From: an uncultured Ruminococcus sp.
GTDB taxonomy: Bacteria; Bacillota; Clostridia; Oscillospirales; Acutalibacteraceae
Assembly: GCA_902801715.1 (NCBI GenBank)
Contig: CADCJK010000001.1
Coordinates: 1-53,931 of the forward strand
Reading direction: 5' to 3'
DNA: 53,931 nucleotides
Below the pieces are notes generated by a model. The model worked only from the letters and a program-made list of their open reading frames with translations, did no database searches and had not been told where the DNA came from. Made by a program: the position numbers and the translations under genes. This document shows, in pieces, positions 47,525 through 53,931 of this stretch; position 1 is the first letter of the stretch, and the number at the start of each line of letters is the position of its first letter.

Positions 47525-48376
47525 TCAAATTTCTGTTTCCTTGTGTCTTGCGGCATGGCAGCATATATTCACGGCTACAGGCATTCCGGCAATATGTGTC
47601 GGGAATGTTTCTATATTCACACCTATCGCTGTATTGATTCCGCCAAGCCCTGCAGGTCCGAAACCCATTTTATTTATCTCCGTCAAAAGTTCCTCTTCCA
47701 GTGCAGCGTATCTTTCATTGGGATTTTTTGTGTCTATCGGTCTTAAAGTCGCTTTTTTGGCAAGCATAGCAGCCTTTTCAAAAGTGCCGCCAATTCCCAC
47801 ACCTACCACGACAGGCGGACACGGATTCGGTCCGGCATATTTCACGGTATCGAGAATAAATTTCTTCACGCCCTCAATGCCTGCCGATGGAGTCAGCATT
47901 TTGATTGACGACATATTTTCACTTCCGAAGCCTTTACAGCCTGCCAGAATTTTAATTTTATCACCGGGAACAATGCTTGTATAAATAATTGCCGGTGTAT
48001 TGTCCTTTGTATTAACTCTGTCAAAGACGGGATCGGTTACAACGGATTTTCTCAGATAGCCGTCAATGTAGGCACGTCTGATACCTTCCTGAACAGCTTC
48101 TTCAAAACTGCCGTTTTCAATGACAACTTTATCACCGTATTCCACAAAAAGTACAGCCATGCCTGTATCCTGACATATCGGCACTTCTTCCTCAGCCGCT
48201 ATTTTATGATTTTCAATCAACTGTGCAAGCACACTTTTGCCTGTAGGTGAAATTTCCGTTTCCTCTGCATTTTTCAAAGCCGTCAGAATGTCCTCCCCGA
48301 TAAAATAATTCATATCCATGAACAGCTTTTTCACCGTATCGGTAATGACAGATGAATTGATTTTTCTGATTTCCAT
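47525..48376 (-). CDS. Class I (Fe-S) fumarate hydratase / tartrate dehydratase, alpha subunit
   Basis: Contains the ICQDTGMAV motif and Cys ligands. RBS GAGGAGGAG. Confidence 0.8.
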   Translation of the reverse strand: MEIRKINSSVITDTVKKLFMDMNYFIGEDILTALKNAEETEISPTGKSVLAQLIENHKIAAEEEVPICQDTGMAVLFVEYGDKVVIENGSFEEAVQEGIRRAYIDGYLRKSVVTDPVFDRVNTKDNTPAIIYTSIVPGDKIKILAGCKGFGSENMSSIKMLTPSAGIEGVKKFILDTVKYAGPNPCPPVVVGVGIGGTFEKAAMLAKKATLRPIDTKNPNERYAALEEELLTEINKMGFGPAGLGGINTAIGVNIETFPTHIAGMPVAVNICCHAARHKETEI

Positions 48377-48503
48377 AGTAAAATTCTCCTCCTCGTAATT
48401 TTTACATCTCTATTATAAAAAAAATCTTTTTTTATTGCAATGGTATTTTGACAAATTTACAATAATATTATATAATTGGTTTTACAGAGTGGAGAGTGAA
48501 GTT

Positions 48504-49256
48504 ATGAAAAAAAGAATCATCATATTTTCAATAGTAGTTGCCGTTGTAACGGCTGCGGCAATTATCCCTGCCGTACTCTTTTTCAACGGCTTCATGCAGA
48601 TAAACCCATCTAAAGAAGAATATTCCGTCAGGGGTGTAGATGTATCTTCCTATCAGGGAAAAATCGACTGGCAGACGCTTTCCGAACAGGGAATTGACTT
48701 TGCATTCATCAAAGCGACAGAGGGCAGTTCCTTTGCCGACAGGAATTTTGAATATAACTATACAGAGGTGCAGAAAACACCTTTAAGATGGGGTGCCTAT
48801 CATTTTTTCAGCTATGACAGCAGCGGTGATACACAAGCCGATAATTTCATTAAAACCGTTCCAATAACAGAAAATATGCTGCCGCCCGTGATTGACCTTG
48901 AATTTTACGGAAAATACACCGATTCACCGAAAAGCCGTGAAGAAGTGGCAGCGGAACTTCAAACCATGCTTGACCGCCTTGAAAAATATTATCAACTCAA
49001 GCCCATTATATATGCAACTGCCAAATCCTACAGTACCTATCTTTCGGGAGAATATGCCGATTATGATATCTGGTTCAGAAATACGCTTGCCGTACCGAAA
49101 TTTGCCGACGGAAGAAAATGGACTTTCTGGCAGTATTCCGACAAAGGCGAACTTGACGGCTACAGCGGTGAAGAAAAATACATTGACATGAACATTTTCA
49201 ACGGCACTCATGAAGAATTTCAGAATTATGCAAAAGAAAGGACAGATGAAAAATGA
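48504..49256 (+). CDS. GH25 muramidase (lysozyme) with an N-terminal TM anchor
   Basis: RGVDVSSYQGKIDWQTLSEQGIDFAFIKATEG is the GH25 signature region. Start at ATG 48504 (MKKRIIIFSIVV). Confidence 0.8.
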   Translation: MKKRIIIFSIVVAVVTAAAIIPAVLFFNGFMQINPSKEEYSVRGVDVSSYQGKIDWQTLSEQGIDFAFIKATEGSSFADRNFEYNYTEVQKTPLRWGAYHFFSYDSSGDTQADNFIKTVPITENMLPPVIDLEFYGKYTDSPKSREEVAAELQTMLDRLEKYYQLKPIIYATAKSYSTYLSGEYADYDIWFRNTLAVPKFADGRKWTFWQYSDKGELDGYSGEEKYIDMNIFNGTHEEFQNYAKERTDEK

Positions 49257-50185
49257 AAGTATTGGTATCAGGTTTACTGAATGTGGAAACCAATGTGCCC
49301 GTGAACGGATTTCCGCTGAATTACACGGCTGTAGAATATCCCTTTATGCAGATAAAAACCAATGTTTCGGGCGTGGGCTATAATCTTGTGAAAGCCTTCA
49401 AAACGCTTGGTAACACTCCCGATATTATTTCCTATATCGGAAAAGACGCTCAGGGAACTGTCATTAAACAGCAGCTTGCAAATGACGGTATCTCCTCCGA
49501 CACCGTTTCCGAAACGCTTAAAAATACACCTGTTTCCGTCATTCTCGTTGACAAGAACGGCAAACGTCAGATTTTTACAGACTTGAAAGACATTCAGGAA
49601 CAAAAGGCAGATATCAACAATTCCGCCATAGAAGAAAAAATCAAAAATGCAGATATTGTCTGTGCCTGCAATATCAATTTCAGCCGCCCGATTCTCGACA
49701 AAGCCCGTGAAATGAATAAACTCGTTGCAACCGACGTTCACGCTTTAAACAGCGTTTATGACCTGTACAATACGGATTTTATTTCAAAATCGGATATTCT
49801 TTTCATGAGTGACGAACATTTGCCGAATTCCCCCGAAAATATCATTCAGCATTTCCGTGAACTGTATGAACATAAAGTAATAGTTATTGGCATGGGAAGC
49901 AAGGGGGCTATGCTTTTTGACAGGGTTCTCAACGGTGTATATATGCTCGGTGCCGCCAATCTCGGAAATGTCAGAAATACCGTTGGTGCAGGAGATTCCC
50001 TTTTCTCGTCATTCCTGCATTACTACTGCGGAAAAAGCATGAACAGCATTGATGCTCTCAGACGTGCCGAAACTTTTGCCGCCCTCAAAATTCAGCATGA
50101 CGGCGGCGGTGCCGACGGCTTCAGCACGGAAATTGAAGTCGAAAAAGCTCTCGGATTTGCCGATATCACCGTAACGAAAATATAA
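49253..50185 (+). CDS. PfkB-family carbohydrate kinase
   Basis: PfkB signature 2 NTVGAGDSLFS. ATGA overlap with the GH25 stop. Confidence 0.75.
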   Translation: MKVLVSGLLNVETNVPVNGFPLNYTAVEYPFMQIKTNVSGVGYNLVKAFKTLGNTPDIISYIGKDAQGTVIKQQLANDGISSDTVSETLKNTPVSVILVDKNGKRQIFTDLKDIQEQKADINNSAIEEKIKNADIVCACNINFSRPILDKAREMNKLVATDVHALNSVYDLYNTDFISKSDILFMSDEHLPNSPENIIQHFRELYEHKVIVIGMGSKGAMLFDRVLNGVYMLGAANLGNVRNTVGAGDSLFSSFLHYYCGKSMNSIDALRRAETFAALKIQHDGGGADGFSTEIEVEKALGFADITVTKI

Positions 50186-50191
50186 AATTCA

Positions 50192-50229
50192 AATGCCGTT
50201 CAGATTCAGAGTCCGAACGGCATTTTTTT
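50192..50229. terminator. Bidirectional terminator
   Basis: 10-bp stem AATGCCGTTC / GAACGGCATT followed by T7. Confidence 0.75.
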
Positions 50230-50609
50230 CATTTGCGTTTTTTCTTTTTATTTACACCTAAAACTCCGCCCAATGCCCCCGATATCACAGCGGCAATTCC
50301 TCGGATTAAAGTAACGATACCTATTTGTGTTCCCATCAATGCACCTGCCGCCCACAATATGACAAATACCGCTACACCGCATACAGCCCCTGCCGCCATG
50401 CCCATGCTTTTATTGATTCTTGCGGCAATATATCCACCGCCAAATGCACCTATACATAATGCCGCTACTGCAAATATCATTGTCATGTTATAGGTGAATT
50501 TCTGCATTTTCACCATGACTGCCGCCCCGAACAAAGTGAAAATCAATGTCAGGACGATTCCCGAAATGATACCGAATATTTCCGATTTTATGATTTTTCT
50601 GATATTCAA
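50229..50609 (-). CDS. Small membrane protein (TIGR04086/YrzE-like)
   Basis: 126 aa, 4 TM helices, Gly/Ala-rich. TTG start 5 nt after GGGGGAA. Confidence 0.5.
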   Translation of the reverse strand: MNIRKIIKSEIFGIISGIVLTLIFTLFGAAVMVKMQKFTYNMTMIFAVAALCIGAFGGGYIAARINKSMGMAAGAVCGVAVFVILWAAGALMGTQIGIVTLIRGIAAVISGALGGVLGVNKKKKRK

Positions 50610-50755
50610 ATTCGATTCCCCCGTCAGCTTTTTCTAAATATCTATTCGTTCCGCTTCGGAAATATGAAAAAAATTCTGCCGTTCCTGTAGATTTTTCTGT
50701 TATGATATTGTATAATATCTGAGTGAATAAAAAAATATTGATGGAGGTCATATTT

Positions 50756-52030
50756 ATGGGAATGACAATGTCACAAAAAATCCTTGCTGCCCATGCAGGT
50801 CTTGACAGCGTGAAAGCCGGTCAGCTTATTGAAGCTCAGCTTGACATGGTGCTTGGAAATGATATCACATCGCCCGTTGCTATCAACGTATTCAATGACG
50901 GCAAAGCAAGCGGTGTATTTGACAACACAAAAATCGCTATGGTAATGGACCACTTCACTCCGAACAAGGATATCAAAGCTGCCGAACAGTGCTTACAGGT
51001 CAGAAATTTCGCTGACAAGTACGATATCAAGAATTTCTTTGATGTAGGTCAGATGGGTATTGAACACGCACTTCTCCCCGAAAAAGGTCTTGTCGGTCCC
51101 GGTACTCTCTGTATCGGTGCGGATTCTCATACCTGCACTTATGGTGCATTGGGTGCATTTTCAACGGGTGTCGGCTCTACAGATATGGCTGCCGGCATGA
51201 TCAGCGGCAAAACATGGTTCAAAGTCCCCTCTGCCATTAAATTCAATCTCATCAACAAGCCGGCTGAATTCATCAGCGGCAAGGATATTATCCTGCATAT
51301 TATCGGCATGATAGGCGTTGACGGTGCTTTATACAGGTCAATGGAATTTTTCGGTGACGGTCTGAAATATCTTTCCATAGACGACAGACTCTGCATTGCC
51401 AACATGGCGATCGAAGCAGGTGCCAAAAACGGCATTTTCCCCGTTGATGACATTACAAGAGAATATATCAAAGGTCGTTTTCAGGGTGAGCCTAAAGAAT
51501 ATTTTGCCGATGACGATGCGGAATATGATGAAGAATATACGATTGATTTGTCCAAACTCCGTCCGACAGTGGCATTTCCGCATTTGCCTGAAAATGCAAG
51601 AACGGTTGACGAAATCGGTGAAACGGAAGTTAAAATTCAGCAGGCTGTTATCGGTTCATGCACCAACGGCAGAATTTCTGATTTGCGAGCCGCTGCGGAA
51701 GTCCTCAAAAATAACACCGTTGCAAAGGGTGTAAGATGTATTATTATCCCCGGCACTCAGCAGGTATATTTACAGGCTATGCACGAAGGTCTTTTTGATA
51801 TATTCATCAATGCAGGTGCCGTTGTATCCACGCCCACTTGCGGTCCTTGTCTTGGCGGTCACATGGGTATCCTTGCAAAAGGCGAAAAGGCTATCTCTAC
51901 CACAAACAGAAACTTTGTCGGCAGAATGGGACACGTTGAATCCGAAGTATATCTTGCAAGTCCTGCCGTAGCTGCGGCAAGTGCCGTTACAGGCTATATT
52001 ACCGATCCTGCAAAGGTCATTAAAAAGTAA
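50756..52030 (+). CDS. leuC: 3-isopropylmalate dehydratase large subunit
   Basis: Aconitase-family Fe-S motifs (GADSHT, GSCTNGR, TCGPCLG). ATG 50756 lies 8 nt after GGAGG. Confidence 0.85.
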   Translation: MGMTMSQKILAAHAGLDSVKAGQLIEAQLDMVLGNDITSPVAINVFNDGKASGVFDNTKIAMVMDHFTPNKDIKAAEQCLQVRNFADKYDIKNFFDVGQMGIEHALLPEKGLVGPGTLCIGADSHTCTYGALGAFSTGVGSTDMAAGMISGKTWFKVPSAIKFNLINKPAEFISGKDIILHIIGMIGVDGALYRSMEFFGDGLKYLSIDDRLCIANMAIEAGAKNGIFPVDDITREYIKGRFQGEPKEYFADDDAEYDEEYTIDLSKLRPTVAFPHLPENARTVDEIGETEVKIQQAVIGSCTNGRISDLRAAAEVLKNNTVAKGVRCIIIPGTQQVYLQAMHEGLFDIFINAGAVVSTPTCGPCLGGHMGILAKGEKAISTTNRNFVGRMGHVESEVYLASPAVAAASAVTGYITDPAKVIKK

Positions 52031-52043
52031 AGGAGATTTTCAC

Positions 52044-52526
52044 ATGAAAGCACAAGGTACTGTACATAAATACGGTGATAATGTCGATACAGATGTTATC
52101 ATTCCTGCAAGATATCTTAATACAAGCTCACATAAGGAACTTGCCGCTCACTGCATGGAAGATATCGACATTGACTTCACCAAAAACGTAAAAACAGGCG
52201 ATATCATGGTTGCCGAAAAGAATTTCGGCTGCGGCTCGTCAAGAGAACACGCTCCTATTGCAATAAAGGCTTCAGGTATCAGCTGCGTTATTGCCTCTAC
52301 ATTTGCAAGAATTTTTTACAGAAATGCCATTAATATCGGCTTGCCTATTCTTGAATGTGATTCTGCCGCTAAAGAGATAAAAAGCGGTGATGAAGTGGCA
52401 GTCGATTTCGATACAGGCATTATTACAGATATTACAACGGGTAAAACGTATCAGGCTGAACCTTTCCCGCCATTCATTCAGCAGATTATCACAGACGGCG
52501 GATTGATAAAACACGTTACGAAATAA
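52044..52526 (+). CDS. leuD: 3-isopropylmalate dehydratase small subunit
   Basis: Motifs [16 protein letters not shown] and [20 protein letters not shown]. Confidence 0.85.
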   Translation: MKAQGTVHKYGDNVDTDVIIPARYLNTSSHKELAAHCMEDIDIDFTKNVKTGDIMVAEKNFGCGSSREHAPIAIKASGISCVIASTFARIFYRNAINIGLPILECDSAAKEIKSGDEVAVDFDTGIITDITTGKTYQAEPFPPFIQQIITDGGLIKHVTK

Positions 52527-52541
52527 TTGACAATGAAAAGA

Positions 52542-52578
52542 CTCCGAAAAGTTTTTCACTTTTTCGGAGCCTTTTTTT
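52542..52578. terminator. Bidirectional terminator between leuD and the LRR gene
   Basis: Stem CTCCGAAAAG / CTTTTTCGGAG followed by T7. Confidence 0.7.
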
Positions 52579-53903
52579 CAGCTGACTTTCACATTAAAAT
52601 ATTTCTTTGCTGTCGTTCCTGTAGAATCCTTGACTTTCACGCATACTTCATAGTCCGTTGCTTTGGCAGGCTTTATGCTGACCTGAGCATTTGTGCCGAA
52701 ATCCTGCTTTTTCGTCCAGTTTTTATCTGATTTCTTTTTATAGAATACGGCATAGGTATAGTTTCCTATGCCTTTTTCTGCTTTTGCCGTAACAGTCAGT
52801 TTACTTCCCAATTTTATGCTTGTCGCTGATATCTGCGATACATTCGCAACAGGCTCAACTACACTGATATCATAATACTTTTTGGATATGGAACCTGTTC
52901 CGTCCATGACTTTCACGCATATCTGATAATCCGTCGCTTTGGCAGGCTTTATGCTGACTTTGGCATTTGGTTTGAAATCCTGTTTTTTCGTCCAGTTTTT
53001 GTCCGTCTTTTTCTTGTAGAGAACGGAATATACATAGGAATCCGTTCCGCCTGATGCCCTGGCATTGACAGTCACTGTCTTTCCCAGAACGATTTTCGTT
53101 TTCGATACAGCGGAGTTGTTCACCAGGGCAGACGGCTCTGCAAACGGAATACTATTTTCTTCGGCATACTGCCTGGCATAGCTGTCTTTATCGCCGTAGA
53201 TTGTCAGATCGTCACAGTCATCGAAAACGTGCCAATATATGTATTCCACGCTTGACGGAATGTATAAGCCTTTCATAGCGGTACAGCCTTTGAAAGCTGA
53301 CGGACTTATCACCATCATGGTATCGGGAAACAAAACATACTCCAGACTTTCACATTCCATAAATGCCCAATGGTCTATCGACTCAACACCCTTGGAAATC
53401 ATCACGCTTTTCAGGGAAAGACAGCAGTAAAAAGCCTTGAAACTTATCCTGGAAATTTTCTTGGGAATCCTGATTTCTTCCAGTGACAGACAATTTTCAA
53501 AAACACTTTCTCCCATAAATTCAAGGTTTTCCGGAAGAGTGATGTTTTTCAAAGCCCTGCAGCTCAAAAAGGCACTGTCACTGATGGAAACGACTGTATC
53601 CGGCATATTGACCGTCGTAAGATTTTCGCAGTTACGAAAAGCCTTGTCACTGATGAAAGCCACTCCCGAAGGTATTGTGACTGTTTCCATCACCTCATTA
53701 GCGTAAAAAGCCTCTGAACCTATTTCAGTAACCTTTCTTCCGTCTATCTTTGCAGGAATGGATACCACTTTATTACTGCCTTTATAGCCCGTTATTTTGA
53801 CATCTCCGTTTAACAGGACGCTATATTCAAAATCCGTTACTGAAAACTTATAAAAAGTTATAAAAACAACTTTTATGTTCCATTCCTTGTTCACCGTGTC
53901 CAT
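52578..53903 (-). CDS. BspA-type leucine-rich-repeat protein with two C-terminal triple-tyrosine Ig-like modules
   Basis: Repeated (F)xxCxxLxxIxIPxxV units across aa 55-235, then two 90-aa modules (SYVYSVLYKKKTDKNWTKKQDF, NYTYAVFYKKKSDKNWTKKQDF). No signal peptide is visible, and the start is near the window edge. Confidence 0.7.
   Translation of the reverse strand: MDTVNKEWNIKVVFITFYKFSVTDFEYSVLLNGDVKITGYKGSNKVVSIPAKIDGRKVTEIGSEAFYANEVMETVTIPSGVAFISDKAFRNCENLTTVNMPDTVVSISDSAFLSCRALKNITLPENLEFMGESVFENCLSLEEIRIPKKISRISFKAFYCCLSLKSVMISKGVESIDHWAFMECESLEYVLFPDTMMVISPSAFKGCTAMKGLYIPSSVEYIYWHVFDDCDDLTIYGDKDSYARQYAEENSIPFAEPSALVNNSAVSKTKIVLGKTVTVNARASGGTDSYVYSVLYKKKTDKNWTKKQDFKPNAKVSIKPAKATDYQICVKVMDGTGSISKKYYDISVVEPVANVSQISATSIKLGSKLTVTAKAEKGIGNYTYAVFYKKKSDKNWTKKQDFGTNAQVSIKPAKATDYEVCVKVKDSTGTTAKKYFNVKVS
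52581..53132 (-). repeat. Two tandem ~276-bp coding repeats (triple-tyrosine Ig-like modules)
   Basis: Similar DNA blocks recur, e.g. GCTTTGGCAGGCTTTATGCTGAC at about 52660 and about 52937, and AAATCCTG..TTTTTCGTCCAGTTTTT in both copies. Confidence 0.75.
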
Positions 53904-53931
53904 TTTCGATAATAAATCTACTCATGTTTGA

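Noticed and set aside
50664-50690. A tiny ORF, MKKILPFL, upstream of leuC as a possible leucine attenuation leader peptide.
   Set aside because: It lies upstream of the best candidate leuC -10 (TATAAT at 50711..50716), has no convincing RBS, and contains only two Leu codons.
1-53931. Mobile elements, prophage, defence islands, CRISPR, and tRNA or rRNA genes.
   Set aside because: There are no transposase, integrase, recombinase, Cas, restriction, Abi-nuclease or phage structural motifs in any frame of the ORF track. I noticed no long terminal inverted repeats, and no intergenic gap is large enough to hold an RNA gene.

Overview
This 54-kb window looks like core chromosome from a low-GC Firmicute of class Clostridia. 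Gene content, and a possible YjcZ-like sporulation microprotein, suggest a Ruminococcus/Oscillospiraceae-like spore former, but that is inference only. I support about 52 protein genes, mostly on the minus strand and tightly packed. In order they are: hisZ-hisG; an autoregulated zur-znuACB zinc operon; an AmyE-like GH13 amylase; an MGDG-synthase-type glycosyltransferase; htpG; ftsK; uppP; a TepA/ClpP-like protein; sufCB; an APH-like kinase; lexA; three envelope proteins (lipoprotein, orphan OppA-like SBP, VanW); a CorC-type transporter; a SEDS protein; a PRTase-like protein; an EEP-family protein; a solitary RelB/DinJ antitoxin; an 11-gene co-directional array from murD to metY; serA-serC; a two-subunit class I fumarate hydratase; a GH25 muramidase plus PfkB kinase; leuCD; and a BspA-type LRR protein. 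I found no rRNA, tRNA, CRISPR, transposase, integrase, phage or recognisable defence genes. All intergenic gaps are under 250 nt, too short for T-box or large riboswitch leaders. I do not see a convincing new multi-gene system here. The main observations are: (1) a perfect 28-bp tandem duplication that frameshifts ftsK and detaches its gamma domain as a separate ORF; (2) the amylase broken twice, by an in-frame TAA and by a homopolymer frameshift; (3) a roughly 90-aa triple-tyrosine Ig-like module present both as 279-bp tandem DNA repeats on the amylase tail and at the C-terminus of the unrelated LRR protein; (4) a 51-codon Cys/Gly-rich membrane microprotein missing from the ORF track; (5) a recurrent AAAACAGGRCAG terminator-hairpin family; and (6) candidate operators (a Zur box and a perfect 16-bp palindrome at the amylase promoter). 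All family assignments come from motif recognition by eye and memory, not from searches.
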